Shown here: positions 1 to 8,914 of the stretch, piece after piece | Position numbering within the stretch: position 1 is the first letter of the stretch | Layout: each line of letters begins with the position of its first letter | NCBI GenBank assembly: GCA_016178505.1 | Contig: JACOTG010000253.1 | Span: forward strand, 2,243-66,242 | DNA from: Planctomycetota bacterium | GTDB taxonomy: Bacteria; Planctomycetota; JACOTG01 | DNA: 64,000 nucleotides | Direction: 5' to 3' | The notes under the pieces: model-generated | What the model saw: the letters and a program-made list of their open reading frames with translations, nothing else | The model's database searches: none | What the model was told of the DNA's origin: nothing | Position numbers and translations under genes: made by a program

Positions 1-1949
1 ATCGTATCGACGATCGTCACGCTGAAGCAGCACTGTGAGGCGTTGTTCGAGTCGTCGGTCGCGGTGCAGCAAACCTGCGTCGTGCCGAAGGCGAAGTTCG
101 AGCCCGACGCCGGCGTGCAGACGATCGTGGGCGTCGCGTCGCACGTGTCCGTGGCGGTCGTCGTGAACGTGACGGCCGCGCCGCTCGCCGACGTGCACTC
201 GGCGGTGATGTCAGCCGGGCAGTGGACCTGTGGCGCGACGCGGTCGACGACGGTCACGTGGAAGCAGCATCGCGACGAGTTCTGGCGGCCATCGGTCGCG
301 GTGCAGCAGACCTCGGTCGTGCCGAACGGGAAGCTCGAGCCCGAGGCCGGGCTGCAAACGATCGCCGGCTCCAGATCGCATTTGTCGCGCGCCGTCACCG
401 TGTACGAAACCGCAGCGCCGCTGGCCGAGGTGCACTCGGCGGTGATGTCCGTCGGGCACGTGATCGCCGGCGGCGCGCTGTCGATGACGGTCACGTCGAA
501 GCAGCATCGCGACGAGTTCTGGCGGCTGTCGGTCGCGGTGCAGCAGACGGGCGTCGTCCCGAATCCAAAGGTCGCGCCGGAAGCTGGCGAGCAAACGACG
601 ATCACGTTCGGGTCGCAGGCGTCGGTCGCGGTCGCCTCGAAGACGACGGTCGCGCCGCTCGGCCCCGAGCACTCGGCGGTGATGTTGCCCGGGCACGTGA
701 TCGCCGGCGCGACGGTGTCCGTCACGGTCACGTTGAAGCAGCACTCCGCCGAGTTCCCGGAGTCGTCCGTCGCGGTGCAGCAGACCCGTGTGGTTCCGAA
801 GGGAAACGTCGAGCCCGAGGCGTGATCGCACACGGCCGGGACGCTCAGGTCGCAAACGTCGGACGCGGTGACCGAGAAGGAAACCGCGGCACCGCTCGAG
901 CTCGTGCACGCCGCGGAAATGTCGCTCGGGCAGTGGATCGAGGGGGCCGTGTGGTCGACGACCGTCACGCGGAAGCAGCACGGCGACGAATTCAGGTCGT
1001 CATCGGTCGCGGTGCAGCAAACCTGCGTCGCTCCAAACGAGAACGTCGAGCCCGACGACGGAACGCAGGAAACCGTGAGGCTGGCGTCACAGTTGTCGGT
1101 CGCCGACGCGCTGAAGGTGACGGCGGCGCCGTTCGGGCTGGTGCACTCCGCGGTGATGTCGCCGGGACAGGAGATGTTCGGCGCCTGGCAGTCGGCGACT
1201 GTGACCGTGAATTGACACCCGACGACGGTCCCGGCGGCGTCCGACCCCGTGCAATTGACCAAGGTGGGTCCTTTGACGAATGTGGAACCGGAAGGCGGAT
1301 TGCATACGACGACCGACGGGGGACAAACGGTGGTCGCGCTGACCTCGAAGCGAACGACGCCGTCGCAGCGATTGGGATCGGTACAGGCCGTGACTCCCGT
1401 CGGGCATTGCAGGGTGATCGTGCTCGGCGCACTGCAGTTCGTGTCGTCCGTCGGATTGCTGCAACCGGCGCCGAACGTTGCGGCGTTCAAGTGAGAGGCC
1501 TTCTCCGCGCCGTCCGCACGTCGTGCGATGAACGACTCGTCCGTGCTTTCGCTGCAGCCCTCGACGCCGTACTGGATCGGATACGTGAGGCAGGCGTTTG
1601 GCGGCATCGTCACGGCAAACGTGTAGACGCCCGTGCTCTGCTTCGTCGCGGTGAGGCACTGGTTTCCGTTGGAACTGCTCTTCACGAGCACCTTGATCGT
1701 CGAATCGGTGCCCCCGTGTGCGCGGTCCGTGAGGTTGCTGAGCGTGACGCGATAGGTCTTGCCCTGCTGCACGTCCCACCTCTCGACGGCGGTGGTCGGA
1801 ACCGAGTCCTGGTAGACGCATCCGCCATCGAGGGGCGTGACACTCGTCACCCTTGCGGCTCCGAGTGACGCGGCGAAGGCCTCGGTCGCGATCGCGAGAC
1901 TACAGAGGAACGAAATGCCAACGAAACGACAGGACCCCTTCGACTGCAT
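1..1949 (-). CDS. Secreted Cys-rich HYR-repeat protein (3' end runs off the window)
   Basis: Not in the ORF track because it has no stop inside the window. Manual translation from ATG 1949 gives MQSKGSCRFVGISFLCSLAIATEAFAA (signal-like), then at least 6 repeats of ~79 aa with consensus DxxAPxIxCPxDITAECTSxSGAAVxF...SGSxFxFGTTxVCCTATD.xNSSxCCFxVTV. Confidence 0.88.
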   Translation of the reverse strand, partial: MQSKGSCRFVGISFLCSLAIATEAFAASLGAARVTSVTPLDGGCVYQDSVPTTAVERWDVQQGKTYRVTLSNLTDRAHGGTDSTIKVLVKSSSNGNQCLTATKQSTGVYTFAVTMPPNACLTYPIQYGVEGCSESTDESFIARRADGAEKASHLNAATFGAGCSNPTDDTNCSAPSTITLQCPTGVTACTDPNRCDGVVRFEVSATTVCPPSVVVCNPPSGSTFVKGPTLVNCTGSDAAGTVVGCQFTVTVADCQAPNISCPGDITAECTSPNGAAVTFSASATDNCDASLTVSCVPSSGSTFSFGATQVCCTATDDDLNSSPCCFRVTVVDHTAPSIHCPSDISAACTSSSGAAVSFSVTASDVCDLSVPAVCDHASGSTFPFGTTRVCCTATDDSGNSAECCFNVTVTDTVAPAITCPGNITAECSGPSGATVVFEATATDACDPNVIVVCSPASGATFGFGTTPVCCTATDSRQNSSRCCFDVTVIDSAPPAITCPTDITAECTSASGAAVSYTVTARDKCDLEPAIVCSPASGSSFPFGTTEVCCTATDGRQNSSRCCFHVTVVDRVAPQVHCPADITAECTSASGAAVTFTTTATDTCDATPTIVCTPASGSNFAFGTTQVCCTATDDSNNASQCCFSVTIVDT

Positions 1950-2301
1950 CTTTTTACCCCTGTTGCCGCGTCGAACGACGGCCGACCCCACGTCTGGCCT
2001 GACGTCACGAAAATCGCGCTGAGCGCGATGACCGTGAATGTGCGGCGATTTTTTTCTTGGAGGATGGAGGCGCGCGAGCGGACGCCGCGCGGCCGAATTA
2101 CCCCGTTACTTCAAAACCCCTTTTCGCCTCGTGAACGCTCGAGCGAGCGCCGTCACGGAGGCGGTACGACGATGAATCGATATACCCCTTCGACGAGCAA
2201 GATGTACCCGACGATCGGCGAGCGGTCAAATCGACGAGGCGCTTTTCGCGGCAATTGGCGCGAGTGAGAACGACGGTCGTTCCGCGGCGGTTCGAATGAC
2301 G

Positions 2302-2344
2302 CGCCGAGGAGCACTGGCACGAAACGTCCGAGCGCTCCTCGGCG
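2302..2344. terminator. 11-bp inverted repeat just downstream of the VOC gene
   Basis: CGCCGAGGAGC (2302-2312) pairs with GCTCCTCGGCG (2334-2344). There is no clear U-tract. Confidence 0.4.
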
Positions 2345-2353
2345 AGTGACGTC

Positions 2354-2842
2354 TCAGTGTTTCGCGGCGACGGGCTGCTTCGCCACGAACTCTTTGTAAG
2401 CCGCGATCATCTCGTCGTGCGTGAGGTCCATCAATTGGGTGGAGATCGCCCAGATATGGCCGAACGGGTCCATCAGCCGGCTGTAGCGGCCGCCCCAGAA
2501 CATGTCGGTCGGCGGCAGGATCGGCGTTGCCCCGGCATCGATCGCGCGCTTGAACGCGGCGTCCGTGTTTTCCGTGTAGATGAGGAGCCCGGACGCCGTA
2601 CCCTTCAGCGTCGTCGGCGACGTGAGGCCCATCTCCGGCATCTCGTCCGCGATCATCACGATCGAGTTCCCGATCGTGATCTCGGCGTGGCCGACCGTCC
2701 CATTGGGGGCAGTCATCCGGTAGCGCTCGGTGGCGCCGAACGCCTTCTTGTAGAACTCGATCGCTTTGGCGGCGCCTTTGACGATCAAGCTCGGTGTGAT
2801 CGTGTAGAAGCCGTCTGGGATGGGTTTCGCTTTGGTTGCCAT
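2354..2842 (-). CDS. VOC/glyoxalase (PhnB-like) family protein
   Basis: Motifs TITPSLIVKGAAKAIEFYKKAFGA, HAEITIG and DMFWGGRYSRLMDPFGHIW; GGAG RBS. Confidence 0.92.
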   Translation of the reverse strand: MATKAKPIPDGFYTITPSLIVKGAAKAIEFYKKAFGATERYRMTAPNGTVGHAEITIGNSIVMIADEMPEMGLTSPTTLKGTASGLLIYTENTDAAFKRAIDAGATPILPPTDMFWGGRYSRLMDPFGHIWAISTQLMDLTHDEMIAAYKEFVAKQPVAAKH

Positions 2843-2963
2843 GCGTTCTCCTGTTTCGCTACGCCGTTACCTGCAGTGCCGAATGCGGCCGCCTCGATAC
2901 GCGACGAACCGAATTTCGATGCGGGCTTTTTCGAGGTGATCGGCAGCATATACTACGCGGCGA

Positions 2964-3491
2964 ATGACTGCGACCCGATCCGCGAAGCTCCCGGCGCTCC
3001 AGACGCTCGTGCTCGGCTGCCTCATCACGGGAACGATCCTCGTGAGCATCGTGGCGGCCGGCAACTTCGCCATCCTCGACGCGGAGAGGCTGCCGCGTGC
3101 GGCCGAGCGACTCCACGCGGCCGGCGCCGACAACGTGCGATTCGCGCTGCGTCACGGCGCGGGCGAATTGAACCGCTTCTACTTCCTTCTGTGGAATCGC
3201 GTGCAGCTCGGGCTCGTGCTGCTCTTCCTCGTGTTCGAGTGGCTGCGATCGCGCGGCAAGCGGATGCTTCGCCTTTGGGTGGGCGTTGCGGTGCTCGTGC
3301 TCGCTGCCGCGATGCTCTTCTACTTCACGCCTTGGATCATCGAGACGGGACGCTCCATCGACTTCGTCCCGGCCGAGCCGATCACCCCCGAGCGCGCGGC
3401 ATTCCGGACCATGCACGGCATCTACATGGCGCTCGACGGCGTGAAGCTGCTCCTCGCCGCTTTCCTGGTCGCGCTCACCTTTCGCGACTGA
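2964..3491 (+). CDS. Membrane protein, DUF4149-like
   Basis: Four hydrophobic segments and a C-terminal FRTMHGIY motif. Confidence 0.65.
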   Translation: MTATRSAKLPALQTLVLGCLITGTILVSIVAAGNFAILDAERLPRAAERLHAAGADNVRFALRHGAGELNRFYFLLWNRVQLGLVLLFLVFEWLRSRGKRMLRLWVGVAVLVLAAAMLFYFTPWIIETGRSIDFVPAEPITPERAAFRTMHGIYMALDGVKLLLAAFLVALTFRD

Positions 3492-3563
3492 CTTCGCGGG
3501 TCGTTGAACGCGTAGTGATGCCCCCGGCGTTCATGAAGTCGCTCATCTCCAGGCCTGGCCGAG

Positions 3564-4787
3564 TCAGCGGATGACGAGGATGACTGCGTTGGTGATGCTG
3601 AGGCCCACTGCGTTCGCGGCGCCGGCGTCCTCGATCACACCTTGCGCGGTGACGACGATCGGATGCGAGATGCCCTGGGATCGCGTCATCGTCCACGGCG
3701 CGAACTGCGGCGACGGCAGGTCGGGCGCGTGGCCGCATCCGAGGGGCTGCGCGCCCGGGCTGCGGAGGCACGCGAACGGCTGCGGTTGGAGTCGCGGCGT
3801 GAGCGGAGTCGGCAGGGCCGTCGTACCGATCACGACGCCGCGCGCGGTGAGGTCGGTGGCGTTGCGCGGGGTGCCGGACCAGAGCCACACGACGTAGTGC
3901 GAATCCATCGGGCCGGCGGGCGACGCGTCGAGCGACAGCGTGATCGGCTCCGCGCGCGAGACGACGACTTGGCGAGTCGTGCATACGGATCCGGGATCGC
4001 CGTTGATGCGAAGCACGTCGGTGATCGGTCCGGTGGCGGCGTTCACGTTGCCGGTGAGTCGAGCGGGCTCCTCGTCGACATAGAACAAGACTTCGGCGGT
4101 TGCATCCTCAGCTAGTCCGTCGAAGACCGCGCCGTTGATCGTGAACAATTCGAACTGACCGGGCGTCGGCGCGAGTTGGCTCCAATGGTCGATTCGAATC
4201 TCGATGTCGGTCGTGTCGCGATTCTCGTCTTCATCCGGAATGGAAGTGTCGACGGGGCAGCCGGCAGTCCCGAGCTGGATGGCACCGGTCGCGCCGGGGA
4301 TCGCAACCTGATTCGGATCGAGGATGCTGAAAGCGTTGTTCCGATACTGGACCCAAAGATCCCCGGGATCGGAGAAAAACCCGTTGCCGTTCGTGTCGAT
4401 GCGAACGATGTAGAACTCGTCCATCCCAACGCCGGGCTGTTCGAGGAACGGCGGCGCCACGCAAAAAGGGTTCCTGTTCGTATCCGGGTTGCCGTCGCCG
4501 TCCGCGTCGCCGGGGACGCCGACGCCTCGCGTACCGAGTCCCGGCGGGACGTCCATGATGTCGAGTCCGACGTAGACCGCGTCACCCTGACAGTCCCAGT
4601 AGACGTAGACGTGCGAGAGATCGAAGCCGCTCCGCTCGAGCAGACAAATCTCGTTGATCGGGTCCGCTTGCTGTCCCTGCGCGACCGCGATGAGGTCCGA
4701 TAGATCGCCGTCGAGCGTGACCTGCGCGCGCGCGACGCCGCTGATGGCGATGCCGAGCGCGAAGACGAAGAAACCGCGTGAGATCAT
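3564..4787 (-). CDS. Secreted protein with an Asp-rich N-domain and the shared C-terminal domain
   Basis: Signal peptide ending ARA-Q; DADGDGNPD and DTNGNG motifs resemble Ca-binding loops; C-terminal GNVNAATGPITDVL...SITNAVILVIR; GGAGG RBS. Confidence 0.8.
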   Translation of the reverse strand: MISRGFFVFALGIAISGVARAQVTLDGDLSDLIAVAQGQQADPINEICLLERSGFDLSHVYVYWDCQGDAVYVGLDIMDVPPGLGTRGVGVPGDADGDGNPDTNRNPFCVAPPFLEQPGVGMDEFYIVRIDTNGNGFFSDPGDLWVQYRNNAFSILDPNQVAIPGATGAIQLGTAGCPVDTSIPDEDENRDTTDIEIRIDHWSQLAPTPGQFELFTINGAVFDGLAEDATAEVLFYVDEEPARLTGNVNAATGPITDVLRINGDPGSVCTTRQVVVSRAEPITLSLDASPAGPMDSHYVVWLWSGTPRNATDLTARGVVIGTTALPTPLTPRLQPQPFACLRSPGAQPLGCGHAPDLPSPQFAPWTMTRSQGISHPIVVTAQGVIEDAGAANAVGLSITNAVILVIR

Positions 4788-4826
4788 CTCGCCATCCTCC
4801 TGCGTCGAGACGCCGACCGGATCGAC

Positions 4827-5057
4827 CTACGCCTTCGCCAATTCCTTGCTGCCGACGACGGTGAGGTTCATGCCGATCTGCGCGGTGACGGGCTTGCCGC
4901 CGACGTCGACGGTGACTTTGCCGTTCAGGTACCAGCCGAACGAACCGGTCGAGAACTCCTTCGGCTCCGCCATGAGCTGGATGCCGTTGATCGTCACGGT
5001 CACGGGTTGCGCCTTGTCGTTGAACTCGGCGCGAGTCACGGGACACTTGATGGCCAT
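4827..5057 (-). CDS. Small hypothetical beta-rich protein (76 aa)
   Basis: Strong GAGGGAGG RBS, coding-like codon use, FSTGSFGW motif. Confidence 0.8.
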   Translation of the reverse strand: MAIKCPVTRAEFNDKAQPVTVTINGIQLMAEPKEFSTGSFGWYLNGKVTVDVGGKPVTAQIGMNLTVVGSKELAKA

Positions 5058-5123
5058 TTCGTTGCCTCCCTCTTAGATGAGGTGGGGAACCATACCCGAT
5101 TCGCCCGGACGTGAGAAGACCCG

Positions 5124-6077
5124 TCACGCCACGCGTCGTCGTCGGCGCACGGCGTCGAGCGCGACGGCGAGCACGAGCACCGCGCCGATCACGAAGATGT
5201 GCCAGAGGCTCTCGACGTTGAGGAGGATGAGCCCGTTGTTGAGGACCGCGATCACTCCGGCGCCGAGCAGCACGCCGAGGATCGATCCCTCGCCGCCTGC
5301 GAGCGAGCACCCTCCGATCACCGCGGCGGCGACCGCGAAGAGCTCGTACGACGCGCCGAGCTTCGGATCGCCCTGTCGTTGGCGCGCGGTGTAGAGGAGC
5401 GCGGCGATGCCCGCGAGGCCCGCCGACGCGACGTACGCCAGCGTGACGACGCGAGCGACCGGAACGCCGGAGAGCCGCGCGGCGGTCGCATTTCCTCCGA
5501 CGGCGTAGAGGCGCGTGCCGTACGTCGTGCGCGTCGTGACGACGATCGCCGCCGCGGCGATCACGAGAAGGAACCAGAACGGCCCATGCAGTCCGAGGAA
5601 CTTCCCGTCATGGATGAGGAAGAACGTGTCGTGCCCCGAGATCGTGACCGGCGCGCCGCCATTGATTCCTTGCGCGACCCCGCGAGCCATGCACAGGGTT
5701 CCGAGCGTGACGACGAACGACGGAACGCGCACGATCGTCACGAGGAATCCGTGGAAGACCCCGACGCCGATCGATGCGAGAAGGACGATCACGGCGCACA
5801 CCCACGTGGGAATGGTGTTGCCCGAATCGGCGCCGACGCGCATGAGGACGGCGGCGAGCATCGAGCCGAGCGCGAGCAGCGAGCCGAGCGAGAGATCGAC
5901 GCCACCCGTCAAGATCACGAACGCCTCACCGACCGCGATCACGGCGAGGAGCGCCCACTGCCGCACGAGGATCGACAGGTTCTCTTCGCTGACGAACCGC
6001 GGATTCGCCACGCCGATGACGACGCACAGGACCACCAGCGCAACGAGGATGCCGGCTTCTTTGTGGGTTCGGAACAT
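5124..6077 (-). CDS. Monosaccharide ABC transporter permease (RbsC family)
   Basis: Motifs GGVDLSLGS, YAVGGNATAARLSGV and YELFAVAAAVIGGCSLAGGEG; multiple TM helices. Confidence 0.93.
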   Translation of the reverse strand: MFRTHKEAGILVALVVLCVVIGVANPRFVSEENLSILVRQWALLAVIAVGEAFVILTGGVDLSLGSLLALGSMLAAVLMRVGADSGNTIPTWVCAVIVLLASIGVGVFHGFLVTIVRVPSFVVTLGTLCMARGVAQGINGGAPVTISGHDTFFLIHDGKFLGLHGPFWFLLVIAAAAIVVTTRTTYGTRLYAVGGNATAARLSGVPVARVVTLAYVASAGLAGIAALLYTARQRQGDPKLGASYELFAVAAAVIGGCSLAGGEGSILGVLLGAGVIAVLNNGLILLNVESLWHIFVIGAVLVLAVALDAVRRRRRVA

Positions 6078-6169
6078 CGCGGCGGGAGTCTACCCGGCAC
6101 CGAAGCAGATTCATAAGCTCTCCTAGCTTCGGCGGGGTGACGGATGGCTCCTGAAACCGCGCTCGATAG

Positions 6170-6210
6170 AGAAAAAGAAGCGGGGGTCGAAGCATTGCCT
6201 CGACCCCCGC
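6170..6210 (-). terminator. Rho-independent terminator of the IPT-domain gene
   Basis: Minus strand reads GCGGGGGTCGAGGC-AAT-GCTTCGACCCCCGC followed by TTCTTTTTCT. Confidence 0.85.
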
Positions 6211-6255
6211 ATGACGTCGCGGTTGAACGAACGACCGGTCGCCTGATGCAGTTGC

Positions 6256-8571
6256 CTACTGGATGTGCAGCTCCACGAGGTTCGTGATGCTGAACCCGTT
6301 CGGGTTGGCGGCCGCGTCGTCGCGGATGAACGCAAAGAGACTGCCGGTGATCGGGTGCGTCGCTCCGCCGTTGAGCCGGAAGATCGTTCCCGGCGCGGGC
6401 GGCGCGTCGGGGAGATTCGACGTGCCGAGCAGAGGCTCGTGCCGCAGTTGGTTCAGGATCTTCAGCGGTTGCGGACTCCCTCCGGTGAACGGAGTCGGGA
6501 GGCACCCCGTGCCGAGCGAGATGCCGTTGTGCGATTGCTCCGTGACGGTCGAGCGCGTCGCAACGCCGTGGTACGCATAGAAGCAATACTTCGACGTCGA
6601 GCGCGAAGGCGGAAGACCCATCGAGATCGTGACCGGCTGACGAACGCCGACAGTCACGATGCGGTCGGGCTCGTTGCCGAACGAGCCGTTGACGAAGAGC
6701 GTCGGCGTGATCGGCCCCGCGCCCGCGTTCACGTTGCCCGGCCTGCAGAGGATCTCCGGACCGAGGAACCGGTACGCGCCGGCGAGAGTGCCCATGCCGT
6801 TCTGATTCGAGACCACGACGTCCACCGTCGATTCCGCCGACGCCGGCGTCGTGCACGTGATCTGGTTGTCGTTGACGACGACGATGTTGGTGGCCGTGAC
6901 GCCGCCGAACGTCACCGAGATCGAATGGATGCGATCGACGAATCCGAACCCGGAGATCGTGACGTTCGTGCCGACGTTTTCGGGCCCGTACTGCGGTGCA
7001 ATCGTCAGAGGAGTCGGGCGATCATCGTAGTTGTAGGCGTTCCGAAGCACGTTCGAGCCGTTCGCGTTCGAGATCGTGACGTCGACGAGGTCGACGCCGG
7101 CGGGCGTGCGGCACGTGATCGTCTGGTCGTCGATGACCTGGACGTTCGTGGCCAAGTTCGCGCCGAAGCGGATGGTCGGCGCGCCGCCATTCGCGAACTG
7201 CCAACCGGTGAGCACGACGAACGTGTTGCCGGCTTCCGGACCATGGTGCGGTGAAACGCGCGCGAGTCGCGGCGCGACCGTCGACAGGAACGACGACACG
7301 CTCGGGTTCTCGTCGTCGCCGTCGAGACCGGCCGGAGTGCTTTGGACGGCCGGCGCGGTCCACAACCGCGTGTCCGGATCGTACGACGCATAGAAGATGT
7401 CGCTCGGCGGAAACGCTCCGCCCTGCGACCACCACGTGGCGAGAACGCCGCTCTTGATCGGACAAAGCGCGATGCGGGTGTCGACGCCTCCCGTCCCGCC
7501 GAGGATGTCCTCGGTCGTGAACGACGTGCCGAGGTTGGAGTTCCACTCGAGGAATCCGTCGAGCGAATACCCGACGACGAACCCGCCGACGCCGTCCGTC
7601 GAAATCGCGGGCGAATGCGCGCGATCGAGCGCGAGCTTGTCGCCGCCGGCCGAAGTGGAGACGCCGGTCCAGCTCGCGCCGTCGAAGCTCGCGCCGGCGA
7701 TGCCGGGCGAGGCGATGAGCGCGGACGTCGCCTCGCCGCCCCACGTGGCGATCGTGTTGCCCGCGGGCCCCGCGGCGAGGCCGAGTCGCGAGAACGGATC
7801 CGATGCGACCTCGAACGCGCGACCACCCGAAACGGGGATGGGCTGATTGGGCGTCCAGGTCACGCCGTTCCACGCGGAGAAGAAGACGCGCGATTGACTC
7901 ACGCCGAAGCTGAGGTCGCTCCAGATCGCGACGGCCCGGTGCACGGTCGTGCCTCCGACGATCGAGGCTTGCGAAGTGAACGCGAGCTCGGGGATCGCGG
8001 CTTGGCCAGGCCATGTCCCGGGAACCGGATTGATCGGTGCGGCGAGAGTCCACATCGATCCGTCCCACCGGCTCGTGTAGATGACCTTGCGAACGGCATC
8101 GTCGTGCACCCAGATCGCGAAGGCCGTTCCGTCGGTGTCGAACGCAATCGCGGGATCGGAGTCGTCGCCGGCGAGCGTTGCGATCGGAAGGGCTCCGGAC
8201 CACGTCGATCCATCGAAGACCGAGTACCAGATGTCGGTCGTGATCGCTGCATTCTCGGTGTCGTGCTCCCAAACGGCGAGCGCGCCGCCGGTGGGCGCGA
8301 ACGCAACGGCCGGATTCACGTCATCGCCGGGAAGCGAGGAAACCGGGTCGACGAGGTCGCTACCGTTCGCGTGCCACTCGAGCCCCGCAAACGAGTTGAC
8401 CTCCAGCACGGAGTAAAAGACGTCCCATCCGCCGGTCGAGGCGTCGCGGTGTTGCCAGACGGCGACGGCGTCGTCGGATGCCGCGCGGGCGGCGGCCGCA
8501 CCGGTGATGGCGACGGCGGCGAGCAGCGCGCCTCGAACGATCGACAATCTGAGCTTCGACGATGAACGCAT
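6256..8571 (-). CDS. Secreted protein: Trp-rich propeller-like repeats, two IPT/TIG domains and the shared C-terminal domain
   Basis: ATG 8571 follows a GAGGAGG RBS; signal peptide; repeats of the type AVW...DIxYS.xDGxxWS; two VSPxxGPxxGxTxVxIxG IPT units; C-terminal GNVNAGAGPITPTL...SITNLVELHIQ. Confidence 0.85.
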   Translation of the reverse strand: MRSSSKLRLSIVRGALLAAVAITGAAAARAASDDAVAVWQHRDASTGGWDVFYSVLEVNSFAGLEWHANGSDLVDPVSSLPGDDVNPAVAFAPTGGALAVWEHDTENAAITTDIWYSVFDGSTWSGALPIATLAGDDSDPAIAFDTDGTAFAIWVHDDAVRKVIYTSRWDGSMWTLAAPINPVPGTWPGQAAIPELAFTSQASIVGGTTVHRAVAIWSDLSFGVSQSRVFFSAWNGVTWTPNQPIPVSGGRAFEVASDPFSRLGLAAGPAGNTIATWGGEATSALIASPGIAGASFDGASWTGVSTSAGGDKLALDRAHSPAISTDGVGGFVVGYSLDGFLEWNSNLGTSFTTEDILGGTGGVDTRIALCPIKSGVLATWWSQGGAFPPSDIFYASYDPDTRLWTAPAVQSTPAGLDGDDENPSVSSFLSTVAPRLARVSPHHGPEAGNTFVVLTGWQFANGGAPTIRFGANLATNVQVIDDQTITCRTPAGVDLVDVTISNANGSNVLRNAYNYDDRPTPLTIAPQYGPENVGTNVTISGFGFVDRIHSISVTFGGVTATNIVVVNDNQITCTTPASAESTVDVVVSNQNGMGTLAGAYRFLGPEILCRPGNVNAGAGPITPTLFVNGSFGNEPDRIVTVGVRQPVTISMGLPPSRSTSKYCFYAYHGVATRSTVTEQSHNGISLGTGCLPTPFTGGSPQPLKILNQLRHEPLLGTSNLPDAPPAPGTIFRLNGGATHPITGSLFAFIRDDAAANPNGFSITNLVELHIQ

Positions 8572-8819
8572 ACGATTGACCTCCTCACACCAACGAATGC
8601 CGCTCGCGCCACTTCGGCGGGCGGAACCAGCCAATTGCGCCACGGAGGGCACGACGGGAGCCGCGTCTCATCATCCGTCGAGACGATTGGACCTTGCGGC
8701 AACGCTCGCTTGCGGTCGCCATGAATGCGCGGCCGCCGATACCCCCTGAGAATGCGCGAGCCAAGATACCGGTCCGCGAGGGTGGGCGCAAGGTCGTGAG
8801 GGCGCGCACCGGCGCCGGC

Positions 8820-8850
8820 GACTCACCCTCACGACTCACGACTCACGACT
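8820..8850. repeat. Short tandem heptamer repeat (GACTCAC)
   Basis: gactcac-cctcac-gactcac-gactcac-gact lies in the divergent promoter region. Confidence 0.5.
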
Positions 8851-8914
8851 GAAGATCGGCGATCATGGGCCGGGCCGAGCGTGACGTTTCTCGGGCGACG
8901 GTCGAGTATGAGAC

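Noticed and set aside
43-1868. Plus-strand ORFs with repeated SVAVQQT motifs
   Set aside because: They are antisense shadows of the minus-strand HYR gene.
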